A DNA stretch of 64,000 bases from Halarcobacter sp. (GTDB taxonomy: Bacteria; Campylobacterota; Campylobacteria; Campylobacterales; Arcobacteraceae), in contig OY781089.1 of assembly GCA_963676565.1 (NCBI GenBank), positions 2,496,001 through 2,560,000 on the forward strand, written 5' to 3'. Of this stretch, positions 20,307-30,412 are shown in pieces. The notes beneath the pieces were generated by a model. It was not told the DNA's origin, searched no databases, and saw only the letters and a list, made by a program, of their open reading frames with translations. A program made the position numbers and the translations under genes. Numbering within the stretch: position 1 is the stretch's first letter; each line of letters begins with the position of its first letter.

Positions 20307-20948
20307 TTAACCCCAGATTTGCATAGGAGGAGTATTAGCTACTGCTTTTAAAATATTTGCCCGTGAAACAATTCCTAGTAAATTATCATCTTGATCAACT
20401 ACAGGAATTGCAGTTAGAGAAAAATCAACCATAACCTTTGCAACCCTTCTAATATCAGTTATAGGATCACTAGTTATTACTTCCTTAAAATCAAAAGTTG
20501 ATAATTTCCTTTCCATAATATTTTGAGCAAACTCTAAATCAGCAACAAGTAAATCTAAAATAAACTCTTGTGTTACTAAACCAATAAGTTGATTATCATC
20601 TTTATTTAAAATAGGGATTTGTCTAAATTCATGCTCTTGCATCAATTCATAAGCTTCAAGAAGAGTATTCTCCTCATTTAAACTTATTACATCTCTGGTC
20701 ATTAAATCTTGTACATGGAAAATTGGCTCTTTTGTATCAATATTAGCCATTTTTTTGTAAACAGACTTAGCTTCTTCAATATTTTGATTTTCATAAAGTT
20801 TTTTCTTAGATTTTAAGCTATGATCTTTAGGTAGACCCTCTTCAGTATTGTTTCTAACTCTTGCAATGGAATCAACATTGGAAAGAGTATATAAATTATC
20901 TATTGTACTTCTAAAACTCAGTCCATTGTTGTTATAAATTGCAAACAT
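20307..20948 (-). CDS. CBS-domain protein with N-terminal extension
   Basis: Tandem CBS motifs (VQDLMTRDVI..RQIPI..GLVT; AIPVVD..GIVS). Confidence 0.88.
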   Translation of the reverse strand: MFAIYNNNGLSFRSTIDNLYTLSNVDSIARVRNNTEEGLPKDHSLKSKKKLYENQNIEEAKSVYKKMANIDTKEPIFHVQDLMTRDVISLNEENTLLEAYELMQEHEFRQIPILNKDDNQLIGLVTQEFILDLLVADLEFAQNIMERKLSTFDFKEVITSDPITDIRRVAKVMVDFSLTAIPVVDQDDNLLGIVSRANILKAVANTPPMQIWG

Positions 20949-20972
20949 TTAACTACCTTTTTTATTAGAGTT

Positions 20973-21614
20973 TCAACTAGCTATGTCTAATGTGTTTGGC
21001 AAAGAATGTCTAATATTTCTTTTCTTAACATAATTGTTTAAACCAATATGATTATTATAACCTAATAGTTTAGCTATTTTTCTAACTGATAAACCAACTG
21101 CTAATAACTCTTCTATTTTATCCCTTTGTTTATCAAACTTAGATTTTTGAATTGTTCCCTTTGGCTTTCCTAAACTTTCACCTTTTAATTTTTTTGCAGT
21201 AAGAGCTTCTTTTGTTCTTAAACTCATTAAATCTTTTTCAAGGTTTACAGTCATTGATATAACACCAAGTATCATTTGTGTCAGCATATCTTTATCATCA
21301 ATTAAATCAAGATTTTGCCTAATAACAATAATTCTAATTTTATTTGAAAGTAAAAACTTAACTATTTCTAAAATTGTCTCGATAGTTCTGCCAAAAACAT
21401 TTAAATCATAAACAACAACAGTTGAAGAAGATTCACAATTTTTTAAAAAATCAAGAATATTTTTTTCATCATCTGGAGTATCTATAACTATTTCAATCTC
21501 TTTATTTATAGAAATATTGTTCTTAGAAATATATTCTTCTAAACCTTTTTTTTGATCTTTTGTATAACTCTCATTATTGTTGTTAACTCTAACATATGTG
21601 AAAACTTTAGACAT
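20973..21614 (-). CDS. Serine recombinase (resolvase) family protein with a degenerate active site
   Basis: Resolvase fold pattern with C-terminal HTH (LGKPKG, SVRKIAKLLG). YVRVNN replaces YxRVS and NVFGR replaces DRLxR. Confidence 0.85.
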   Translation of the reverse strand: MSKVFTYVRVNNNNESYTKDQKKGLEEYISKNNISINKEIEIVIDTPDDEKNILDFLKNCESSSTVVVYDLNVFGRTIETILEIVKFLLSNKIRIIVIRQNLDLIDDKDMLTQMILGVISMTVNLEKDLMSLRTKEALTAKKLKGESLGKPKGTIQKSKFDKQRDKIEELLAVGLSVRKIAKLLGYNNHIGLNNYVKKRNIRHSLPNTLDIAS

Positions 21615-21653
21615 ATTAATTCCTTTACAAAATTTATAATTAAATATTAAAAA

Positions 21654-21668
21654 TAAACAAATTGTTTA
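21654..21668. promoter_or_regulatory. 7-1-7 inverted repeat, candidate operator
   Basis: TAAACAA-A-TTGTTTA, 40 nt upstream of the resolvase-like gene. Confidence 0.35.
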
Positions 21669-21837
21669 ATTTTATATATTTAAAACTTATACAAAATGAT
21701 ATACTTTTATTTATTAAAACAAGCTTATAAAAAGCTTATTTAGATAATTTTCTTAATGATATTATTCATTCTTTTGAAAATAAAGTCTTTTTTGGCTAAT
21801 ATCTCCTTTTATTAGTACTTTATGAAGGTTTTTAAAA

Positions 21838-22392
21838 GTGAAATTAGTAATTGGAATAACAGGAGCAAGTGGCGCAAAACTTGCACTAAAATTTGTACAA
21901 AAACTGCCTTCAAGTGTTGAAGCGTTTGTAGTGGTATCAAAAAGTGCCCGAAAGGCTTTGAAACTGGAGCAGGACATCGATATAAAAGATGAGCTTTTAA
22001 AAAGAGAAAATACTCATATTTTTAAAGAACATCAAATTGAAGCATGTATCTCATCTGGATCTTTTAAAACTGACAAAATGATAATACTACCTTGTTCAAT
22101 GAATACCCTCGCAAAATGCGCTGTTGGTATTTCTGACAATCTAATAACTAGAGCTTTTACAGTAATGTTAAAGGAAAAAAGAGAGGTTGTTTTAGCACCA
22201 AGGGAGATGCCTTTATCTACTCTTGCTTTAGAAAATATGCATAAACTATCAACTCTTGGAGTGATTATCGCACCACCTGTATTAGCTTACTATTCAAAAC
22301 AAGATTCTATAGATCTTATGGAAGATTTTTTAATAGGAAAATGGTTTGATTTACTAAAAATTGAACATAATCTATATGAAAGATGGAAATAA
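21838..22392 (+). CDS. ubiX: Flavin prenyltransferase UbiX
   Basis: GITGASG, SSGS, PCSMNTLA and PREMP. Confidence 0.95.
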   Translation: MKLVIGITGASGAKLALKFVQKLPSSVEAFVVVSKSARKALKLEQDIDIKDELLKRENTHIFKEHQIEACISSGSFKTDKMIILPCSMNTLAKCAVGISDNLITRAFTVMLKEKREVVLAPREMPLSTLALENMHKLSTLGVIIAPPVLAYYSKQDSIDLMEDFLIGKWFDLLKIEHNLYERWK

Positions 22393-22394
22393 AA

Positions 22395-22895
22395 ATGGGA
22401 AATTGCAAAAGAGAAATAAACGTAGAAGGAACTTATAAAAAGGCTATTTATAGTGGTACTTTTGATCCAATTACAAATGGTCATATGGATATTATTTGTA
22501 GAGCTTCAAACATTTTTGAAGAGGTGATCATTGCTGTTGCAAAGAGTGAAGCAAAAAACCCAATGTTTGACCATGAACAAAGGGTTGATTTTGTTAAAGC
22601 TGCAACAAATAAAATTAAAAATGTAAAAGTTGTAGGATTTGATACTTTACTTGTTGATTTAGCAACTGAACTAAAGATAAATACAATTGTTAGAGGGCTT
22701 AGAGCCGTTTCTGACTTTGAATATGAACTTCAGATGGGTTATGCAAATTCATCAATAAATAAAGATATTGAAACACTTTATTTGATGCCAAAGTTAGAAA
22801 ATGCATTTGTTTCATCGACAATCGTTAGAGAGGTTATTAAATTTAAAGGGAAATACCAACACTTGGTTCCAAAAGAGGTTCTAGAATGTATATAG
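22395..22895 (+). CDS. coaD: Phosphopantetheine adenylyltransferase
   Basis: GTFDPITNGH, RGLRAVSDFEYE and SSTIVRE. The start is uncertain (22383 or 22395). Confidence 0.96.
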   Translation: MGNCKREINVEGTYKKAIYSGTFDPITNGHMDIICRASNIFEEVIIAVAKSEAKNPMFDHEQRVDFVKAATNKIKNVKVVGFDTLLVDLATELKINTIVRGLRAVSDFEYELQMGYANSSINKDIETLYLMPKLENAFVSSTIVREVIKFKGKYQHLVPKEVLECI

Positions 22896-23452
22896 TAATT
22901 GAAGGTATAGACACAGCAGGTAAATCAACTCAACTTGATATACTAAAACAAAAGTTTCCCCAAGCTATTTTTACAAAAGAACCAGGGGGAACTACCATTG
23001 GTACAAAGCTTAGAGCTATGGCTTTAAATGGAGAAGCAAAAAGTAAAGTTGCGGAGATGTTCCTTTTTTTGGCTGATAGAGCTGAACATATTGAAGAGGT
23101 AATAAAACCAAATAAAGAAGGAATGGTTGTAAGTGATAGAAGTGTTATAAGTGGTATCTCTTATGCTTCTAACTTACCCCTTGAAGTTGTTACAAGTTTA
23201 AATCTTATAGCTACATCAAATATTCTTCCTAGCCACGTTATATTGTTAGAATTATCAAAGGATGAATTAACAAAAAGATTAAGTGGTAAAACAAATGATT
23301 CAATCGAATCAAGGGGTATTGATTATTTGATTGATATTCAAAATAGAATGAAGAAAACAGTAGAAATATTAAATTTAAATCATATTTTTATTGATGCAAG
23401 CCTTAGCATCGAAGAGATTTCAAAAAAGATAGAGGATTTTATTAATGGCTAA
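22886..23452 (+). CDS. tmk: Thymidylate kinase
   Basis: EGIDTAGKST, KEPGG and SDR. Confidence 0.95.
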   Translation: MYIVIEGIDTAGKSTQLDILKQKFPQAIFTKEPGGTTIGTKLRAMALNGEAKSKVAEMFLFLADRAEHIEEVIKPNKEGMVVSDRSVISGISYASNLPLEVVTSLNLIATSNILPSHVILLELSKDELTKRLSGKTNDSIESRGIDYLIDIQNRMKKTVEILNLNHIFIDASLSIEEISKKIEDFING

Positions 23453-24662
23453 CATTCAAAGTTTAAGAGGAATGAATGATATATTAGGTGATGATAGTAA
23501 ACTATTTACCTATTTTGTTGAAAATGCATCAAGAATTGCTAAAAACTATGGATTTACATACTTAGAAACTCCAATTCTAGAAGAAACAGCATTATTTAAA
23601 AGAAGTGTTGGAGAGAGTTCAGATATTGTAAATAAAGAGATGTATCAATTTATTGACAAAGGTGAAAATGACGTTTGTTTAAGACCTGAAGGTACAGCAG
23701 GAGTTGTTAGAAGTTTTGTAGAAAACAAATTTGATAGAGCTGGTGGTACATATAGATGGTTTTATTATGGACCAATGTTTAGATATGAAAGACCCCAAAA
23801 AGGTAGATTAAGACAGTTCCATCAATTTGGAGCAGAAGTGTTTGGTCAAGCATCTGTTTATGAAGATGCTACAATTATAATGATGCTTAAAGATATTCTT
23901 GATTTCTTTGGAATTAAGTTTAAATTACAACTAAATTCATTAGGTTGTCCTACATGTATGCCTCCGTATAGAGAAAACCTAGTTAAGTATTTAACAGATA
24001 TTAAAGAAAACCTTTGTGAAGACTGTAATAAAAGGATTGAAACAAATCCTATCAGAGTTTTAGATTGTAAAAATGAAAACTGCCAAAAACTATTATACAA
24101 TGCCCCTAAAATCACTAACAATTTATGTGAAAAATGTGATAGTGACTTTATAAGTCTTAAAGAGGTATTAGACTATAACAATATTGAATATGAAGTTGAT
24201 ACAAATCTTGTTAGAGGGTTAGACTACTACTCTCAAACTGCATTCGAATTTACATCTTCAGAGATTGGTTCTCAAAGCGCAATAGCTGGTGGTGGAAGAT
24301 ATGATAGATTAGTTGAATTTTTAGGTGGAAGATCAACTCCTGGAATAGGATTTGCAATTGGTATAGAAAGACTTCTTGAATTGATTAAAATGAAAGAAGA
24401 AGATAGTAATACAATATATCTTGGGGCAATGACAGAAGAAGCTTTAAACCCTTTAACAAAAATTGCTTCTGAAAAAAGAAAAAATACTAAAACTATAATG
24501 GAATATACTCCAAGAAGTTTTGGGAAACATTTTAAAATTGCTCAAAAACAAGATGCTAATATAGTAGCTCTAATTGGTGAGAATGAATTAAAAGATGGAA
24601 CAATATTTATTAAAAATATAAAAACACAAGAAGAAAAAACAATTAAAATCGAGGATTTTTAA
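23445..24662 (+). CDS. hisS: Histidine--tRNA ligase
   Basis: LRPEGTA, FRYERPQKGR, LVRGLDYY and GGGRYD. Confidence 0.98.
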   Translation: MANIQSLRGMNDILGDDSKLFTYFVENASRIAKNYGFTYLETPILEETALFKRSVGESSDIVNKEMYQFIDKGENDVCLRPEGTAGVVRSFVENKFDRAGGTYRWFYYGPMFRYERPQKGRLRQFHQFGAEVFGQASVYEDATIIMMLKDILDFFGIKFKLQLNSLGCPTCMPPYRENLVKYLTDIKENLCEDCNKRIETNPIRVLDCKNENCQKLLYNAPKITNNLCEKCDSDFISLKEVLDYNNIEYEVDTNLVRGLDYYSQTAFEFTSSEIGSQSAIAGGGRYDRLVEFLGGRSTPGIGFAIGIERLLELIKMKEEDSNTIYLGAMTEEALNPLTKIASEKRKNTKTIMEYTPRSFGKHFKIAQKQDANIVALIGENELKDGTIFIKNIKTQEEKTIKIEDF

Positions 24663-24664
24663 CT

Positions 24665-26461
24665 TTGAATAATTATGGTATTGACATTTGGGCTGATGAT
24701 AATTTTTTAATTGAAGAGGGTGTTGTTAAAATCAACCATGCTTCAAAGCCTTCATTAATTGAAATGGTAAAAGAGATAAGAGAGAAGGACTATAAAGGAC
24801 CTTTACTTTTTAGATTTCCACATCTTATACAAAAACAAATAGATAAACTATTTAATCTATATAATAATGCTATAGATGAATATAATTACAAGGGAAAGTT
24901 TAATGCTGTATTTCCTTTAAAGGTTAATCAACTTCCAAACTTTATTCATCCATTAATAAAATGTGGTGAAAAATACAATTATGGATTAGAAGCTGGAAGT
25001 AAAGCTGAGCTTTTTTTAGCCATGACCTACAATAAATATGGTTCACCAATAACTGTTAATGGGTTTAAAGATAAAGAGATGATTCATTTAGCTTTTATTG
25101 CAAAAAAGATGGGACATGATATTACTGTAATCATTGAAGGGTTAAATGAACTTGAAACAATATTAGAAGTTGAAAAAGAAACAAATTTACCAACTCCTAG
25201 TATTGGAATTAGAGTTAGATTATTTAATAGCGGAAGTGGAGCATGGGCAAAATCTGGTGGAATTGATGCAAAATTTGGATTAAGTTCAACGGAGATTCTT
25301 GAAGCCTTTGAGATGCTTGAAGAAAACAACTTATCTGATATGCTTACAATGATTCATTTCCATATTGGTTCAGCAATGAATACAATTAAGCCCCTTAAAA
25401 ATGCCCTTAAAGAGGCTGGACACATCTATGCGGAATTAAAAAACCTTGGTGCTACAAAATTAAATGCTATTAACATTGGTGGTGGTTTAGCCGTTGAGTA
25501 TTCTCAATTTCAAAGAACTTTACAATATAGCTTACAAGAGTTTGCAAATGATGTAATATTTACACTAAAAAATATTGCAAAACAAAAAGGGGTAGAAGAA
25601 CCAAATATTTTTACTGAATCTGGTAGATTTATAAGTGCTTCATCAACTGTTTTAATTACTCCTGTTTTAGAACTTTTTACAGCAGAATTTGATGAAGAGC
25701 ATTTAAGATTAAAAGATATTAACCCACCACTAATTGAAGAGTTAAAAGATTTATATAATGATATAAATTCAAAAACAGCATTAGAATATATGCACGATAG
25801 TATTGATCACTTAGATTCACTATTAAAACTTTTTGATTTGGGGTATATTGATTTAGAAGATAGAAGTAATGCTGAAATTCTAACAAACCTAATTATTAAA
25901 AAAGCTATTTGGTTTTTAGAGGTTGATGATTATGATGAATTAAAAAGAATTGATAATAAGATTCAAGAAAAATATCTTGTTAACTTTTCAATTTTTCAAT
26001 CATTACCTGATTTTTGGGGTATAAAACAAGAATTTCCTATTATGCCAATTACACATTTAAATAAAAATCCAACAAGAAGTGCATCTTTATGGGATATAAC
26101 ATGTGATAGTGATGGTGAGATTGGCTTTGATCCAAATAAACCACTTTTTTTACATGATTTAGATTTAAAAAAAGAGGAGTATTATCTTGGTTTTTTCCAT
26201 GTAGGTGCATATCAAGATATACTAGGTATGAGGCATAATTTATTCTCTCACCCAACAGAAATAAATGTTATATTTGAAAATAATGAAGTTAAACTAGAAA
26301 ATATTTTAGAATCTCAAAAGATAATTGATATCCTTGAAGATATAGATTATGATACAAAACAAATCAAAGAAGTTTTAAAAAAGAATTTAGATAACAATAC
26401 GTATAAGATACTAAAAAAATATTTACATGACAATAGTTATCTAAAAACGACTTGGAGCTAA
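24665..26461 (+). CDS. speA: Biosynthetic arginine decarboxylase
   Basis: FPLKVNQ, GLEAGSK, HFHIGS, TCDSDG and GAYQ. Confidence 0.96.
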   Translation: MNNYGIDIWADDNFLIEEGVVKINHASKPSLIEMVKEIREKDYKGPLLFRFPHLIQKQIDKLFNLYNNAIDEYNYKGKFNAVFPLKVNQLPNFIHPLIKCGEKYNYGLEAGSKAELFLAMTYNKYGSPITVNGFKDKEMIHLAFIAKKMGHDITVIIEGLNELETILEVEKETNLPTPSIGIRVRLFNSGSGAWAKSGGIDAKFGLSSTEILEAFEMLEENNLSDMLTMIHFHIGSAMNTIKPLKNALKEAGHIYAELKNLGATKLNAINIGGGLAVEYSQFQRTLQYSLQEFANDVIFTLKNIAKQKGVEEPNIFTESGRFISASSTVLITPVLELFTAEFDEEHLRLKDINPPLIEELKDLYNDINSKTALEYMHDSIDHLDSLLKLFDLGYIDLEDRSNAEILTNLIIKKAIWFLEVDDYDELKRIDNKIQEKYLVNFSIFQSLPDFWGIKQEFPIMPITHLNKNPTRSASLWDITCDSDGEIGFDPNKPLFLHDLDLKKEEYYLGFFHVGAYQDILGMRHNLFSHPTEINVIFENNEVKLENILESQKIIDILEDIDYDTKQIKEVLKKNLDNNTYKILKKYLHDNSYLKTTWS

Positions 26462-26462
26462 T

Positions 26463-27242
26463 ATGGAAGAGAAAAAAAATATACATGAATTGATAAAAGA
26501 AAAGATTTTAAAAGAAGAAAAGGAGTTAGGTTTATGGAAACAGATAAAAGAGGATTTTTCTGTACCTAAACTAAATGACCCTGCCCTAGATTCAAGTTTT
26601 GAACTATTTTTTAATTATCCTGGTGTTTGGGCAATTATAAACCATAGAATTGCAAATAGACTTTATAACAAAGGATGGGTAAAAATATCAAGGGCCATTG
26701 TTGGAATTGGTTCATTATTTACTAAAACAGATATTCATCCAGCAGCAACAATAGGAAGAAGAGTATTTATTGACCATGCTATTGGAGTAGTTATTGGAGC
26801 AACAGCTATCATTGAAGAAGATGTTTTAATCTATCAAGGTGTTACACTTGGTGGAGTAAGCCTTGATAAAGGGAAAAGACACCCTACTATTAGAGCAAAC
26901 TCTGTTATTGGAAGTGGAGCAAAAGTATTAGGAAACCTTGTAATAGGTAAAAATAGTAAAATTGGTGCAAACTCTGTAGTTATTTGTGATGTACCTAAAA
27001 ATTCTACAGCCGTTGGAGTTCCAGCTAAAATTATAAAAAGAGAAGATAAGAATGGAAGACTTAACCATAGTGATCTTCCAGATATCAATAAAGAGATGTT
27101 TGAATATTTATTAAAAAGAGTGGCCCTTTTAGAACATCATATGGATTCTTGTAAAGATGTTGATTTGGAAAAAGAGGAAAATGAATTAGAACACATTTAC
27201 ACAAAGTTCATTAAAGCAATGAACTCAATAGAAAAAAAGTAA
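26463..27242 (+). CDS. cysE: Serine O-acetyltransferase
   Basis: DIHPAA, FIDHA, QGVTLGG, KRHPT and hexapeptide repeats. Confidence 0.95.
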   Translation: MEEKKNIHELIKEKILKEEKELGLWKQIKEDFSVPKLNDPALDSSFELFFNYPGVWAIINHRIANRLYNKGWVKISRAIVGIGSLFTKTDIHPAATIGRRVFIDHAIGVVIGATAIIEEDVLIYQGVTLGGVSLDKGKRHPTIRANSVIGSGAKVLGNLVIGKNSKIGANSVVICDVPKNSTAVGVPAKIIKREDKNGRLNHSDLPDINKEMFEYLLKRVALLEHHMDSCKDVDLEKEENELEHIYTKFIKAMNSIEKK

Positions 27243-27247
27243 CCTAA

Positions 27248-27991
27248 TTGATTGAACTTTTACTTTTTGGAATAATCACAGGTTTTGTATCTGGTTTCTT
27301 TGGTATTGGTGGAGGTACTATTTTAGTTCCAATGCTGTTACTTTCAGGTTTCATTATCAAAGAAGCAATTGCAATCTCAATAATGCAAATGGTATTTAGT
27401 TCAATATATGGCTCATTTTTAAATGCAAAAAAAGCCAAAAATATTTTTAAAGATGGTTTTATCTTAGGAGTTGGGGGATTTGTAGGAGGTCTTCAAAACA
27501 GTTTTGTACACTCACTTGTATCAAATGAGTTTTTACAATACCTATTTATTATAATAATCGTTCTATCTATTGTCAAAATCTTTATCTCCCCTGCACAATC
27601 TTCCCAAGAAGTTAAAAGTCATAGTAAAGCATCATTATTTATAATAGGTTTTATTGTAGGTGTTATAGCTATGAGTATTGGTGTTGGAGGTGCTATTATG
27701 TTAATACCTCTTCTTGTAGGTGTTGCTAAGTATCCATTAAAAACAGCTACAAGTCTTAGTTTATTTTTTGTAATTTTTTCTTCAATTGCTGGATTTATCT
27801 CTTTATCTTTAGCAGGACAAATGCTTTTTTATGAAGGTCTTATAGTTGGTGTAGCTTCACTCATTGGAGTATATTTTGGAATAAAGATAAAAAATACAAC
27901 ACCAATTACTTCATATAAACAATCAATTTTATTTTTAAACTTCTTAATTTTAATTACAATGATTTATGATACCTTTTTTAAAGTTTCTTAA
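27248..27991 (+). CDS. TauE/SafE sulfite exporter family protein
   Basis: Duplicated G(I/V)GGG motifs in an 8-TM protein. Confidence 0.88.
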   Translation: MIELLLFGIITGFVSGFFGIGGGTILVPMLLLSGFIIKEAIAISIMQMVFSSIYGSFLNAKKAKNIFKDGFILGVGGFVGGLQNSFVHSLVSNEFLQYLFIIIIVLSIVKIFISPAQSSQEVKSHSKASLFIIGFIVGVIAMSIGVGGAIMLIPLLVGVAKYPLKTATSLSLFFVIFSSIAGFISLSLAGQMLFYEGLIVGVASLIGVYFGIKIKNTTPITSYKQSILFLNFLILITMIYDTFFKVS

Positions 27992-30339
27992 TCAATATCT
28001 TTTAAGATAAAAGGAACTAAGCCACCATTTTTATATATCTGAATCTCAAATTCATTATCAAGTCTAAGTTTTAACTTTATTTGATATACTTGTTCCCCTT
28101 TATATATAAAAGTATTTAATTTCAAATCTTTTTTAATTTCACTGTTTTTAATACTTATTGATTCATAGCCTTTTAGATTTAAAAACTTTATATCGTCATC
28201 AATAAATTGTAAAGGTAAAATTCCCATTTTTATTAAATCTTTTCTATGACTTTCCCCAAATGATTTTGCAATTATTACCTTTACACCTAAAAGTTTTGTA
28301 GCTTTTGCTGCCCAGTCATTTGTTTCTCCAATACCATAATTCTCATCTGCAATTATGATTAAATCTTTTTGGGACTCTTGGGCTCTTTTTGATTTTTCAT
28401 AAAATGAGATAATCTCACCCGTTTGAAAATCTTTTGTAAATGCCCCTTCCTTTGAGACCATCATATTTTTTATTTCATTTGTATCAAAGGCACCTAAAAC
28501 CATAAGTTTACTGCACCCTCTCCTATCTTCAAAGGTTCCAAAATCAAAAGATTTTACACCTTTTTCTTGAAGAAAACTTGCAACACTAATATATGGAGTT
28601 ATTTGAATATTTGAAGAGATATTCTTAGTATTTATTTCACTATAAAATAAAGCTAAAATTTCACCATTTTCAATATTTATCTTATCTTTAAAACTCTCTT
28701 CTTTAAATGGAAATACTTGAACAAAACTAGAGTCTTCATTCCATGGGAAAGATTCACTTTTCTCAACAATAATATCTTGCCATTTTTCATTTCCTAAAAA
28801 AATGTTTTTATAAATATCTTTATACAAAGTATCATCAATTTTTTCCAAATATTTTAAAATTTCACTATGCTCTGGCCATAATTCATTTGGATTTAATTTA
28901 TCAAAAACCTTTAGTTTCATACTTCCTATTAAAGAATGAATAACAACTAAAGATGCCGACATAGTGTAATTAAGTTTGATATTTTCATTAATATAATTAT
29001 TTTCTAAAGTCCCTGAACTAATTGAACAATCAGTTAATATATTGGGACTTATTTTTTCTTCAATTTTTGTATTTGTATTTACAAAATAAAAACCTATACC
29101 CTCTAAATATTTTAATAAATCAAGATTTGCCAAATAATCATACACCGTTAAATCAGTTTTGAAAAAAGCTTTTATTTTTGAATCTATTTTAAAACCTTTT
29201 TCGTATGCTTTTTTGGCAACTAAGGCACAATGAATAATTAAAAATGGATTTAAAAAACCATTTGAAGTATCAATCAATGACAAGACTATATTTTTATCTT
29301 TAAAAACCTCATTTTTCAAATTTGGCACAACTCTTGGAAAAATATTACTTAAATCAAATTCTATACTTTCGTCATACTCTAAATTGTTTTGTTCATCTAA
29401 AAAAAGTTTTTGTGTTTTTAAATATTTATCAACTAATTTACTAAAGTCCTCATTTTGTCTAGTTTTATTGTAGTACAAAATAGTTTTTTCATCAATTGCA
29501 AAAAATGAGCATAATGCTTTATAAGAAGAAGCCTTATTTAATATCTTTGTTCTATTTTCTAGAGTTAAATATTTTAAACCATCCCCATAAAATTCGACAA
29601 TTTTCTCATCTAAATTTGCATTTTGTAAAACATCAAGTAAAACTTGTAAAAAATCTGATGATAATACTCCATCTTTTGGTTTTCCAACAACTTTTATCCC
29701 AACAACCTTGGGTAGTTTTATTTTAAGAGGTAAGCCTAATATTGTCGCTAGAGCATCAATTGATTCTAATTTATGACCTAAAACTCCAAAAGAATTTGTC
29801 ATATTATCTTTATAATCAGAAACAGCTATAGTTTCAGGAAATAAAAGAAACTTCTCTTCTATTTTTTCTATATGTAAAACAGTTGAAAGATATTCTAAAT
29901 TAATTGGATGAATTATTTTTGAGCCTGGTGGAATAACTCTTAAATTTGAAAAGCTTTTATCACACCATTTTGCAAGTTTATATGTATCATCATTTTCTTG
30001 CATATACTGAAGCAATAAGTCAACACTTAAATTCAATTTTTTGCTTTTTAACTTTTCTTCTTTTAATTTTGCAAGTTCTGTAAGTGTAGGTATCGCAGTA
30101 TATTCTTTTAAAACTACCCGTGAAGGATAAAAATTTATAAACTCATCTTTTCTATTTGTAAATATATCTAAAATCTTTTTTGTGGTTAATTCATTTTTTG
30201 AGTTTCTAATATTTGCTTCTAAAAGAATTTTCAATGAAATTGGTAATTTCTCTAATTTTGGATTGTTATTTATTATTTTGTCTAAACTAAAATAAAAAAA
30301 CCTTTCATTTTCAATTACAAAACTATCGATATATTCCAA
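27988..30339 (-). CDS. Aconitase A/IRP-family homologue lacking Fe-S ligands and catalytic residues (pseudoenzyme)
   Basis: Collinear AcnA-like blocks (LPISLKILLE, RVIPPG..INLEYL, VEFYGDG, DWAAK..LLGVK, GILPLQF, YKNGG) in an uninterrupted 783-codon ORF with SD AAGGG. Active-site motifs are substituted. Confidence 0.85.
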   Translation of the reverse strand: MEYIDSFVIENERFFYFSLDKIINNNPKLEKLPISLKILLEANIRNSKNELTTKKILDIFTNRKDEFINFYPSRVVLKEYTAIPTLTELAKLKEEKLKSKKLNLSVDLLLQYMQENDDTYKLAKWCDKSFSNLRVIPPGSKIIHPINLEYLSTVLHIEKIEEKFLLFPETIAVSDYKDNMTNSFGVLGHKLESIDALATILGLPLKIKLPKVVGIKVVGKPKDGVLSSDFLQVLLDVLQNANLDEKIVEFYGDGLKYLTLENRTKILNKASSYKALCSFFAIDEKTILYYNKTRQNEDFSKLVDKYLKTQKLFLDEQNNLEYDESIEFDLSNIFPRVVPNLKNEVFKDKNIVLSLIDTSNGFLNPFLIIHCALVAKKAYEKGFKIDSKIKAFFKTDLTVYDYLANLDLLKYLEGIGFYFVNTNTKIEEKISPNILTDCSISSGTLENNYINENIKLNYTMSASLVVIHSLIGSMKLKVFDKLNPNELWPEHSEILKYLEKIDDTLYKDIYKNIFLGNEKWQDIIVEKSESFPWNEDSSFVQVFPFKEESFKDKINIENGEILALFYSEINTKNISSNIQITPYISVASFLQEKGVKSFDFGTFEDRRGCSKLMVLGAFDTNEIKNMMVSKEGAFTKDFQTGEIISFYEKSKRAQESQKDLIIIADENYGIGETNDWAAKATKLLGVKVIIAKSFGESHRKDLIKMGILPLQFIDDDIKFLNLKGYESISIKNSEIKKDLKLNTFIYKGEQVYQIKLKLRLDNEFEIQIYKNGGLVPFILKDID

Positions 30340-30412
30340 TTTTTAACCCTTTTATAACTTTATATAAAAATTATCTAATCATTATAATAAAGATTTGATT
30401 AGTTTTAAAAGT

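Noticed and set aside
17751..21614. Transposon or integrative element built around the resolvase
   Set aside because: No transposase, terminal repeats or target duplication seen, and the resolvase lacks its catalytic Ser.
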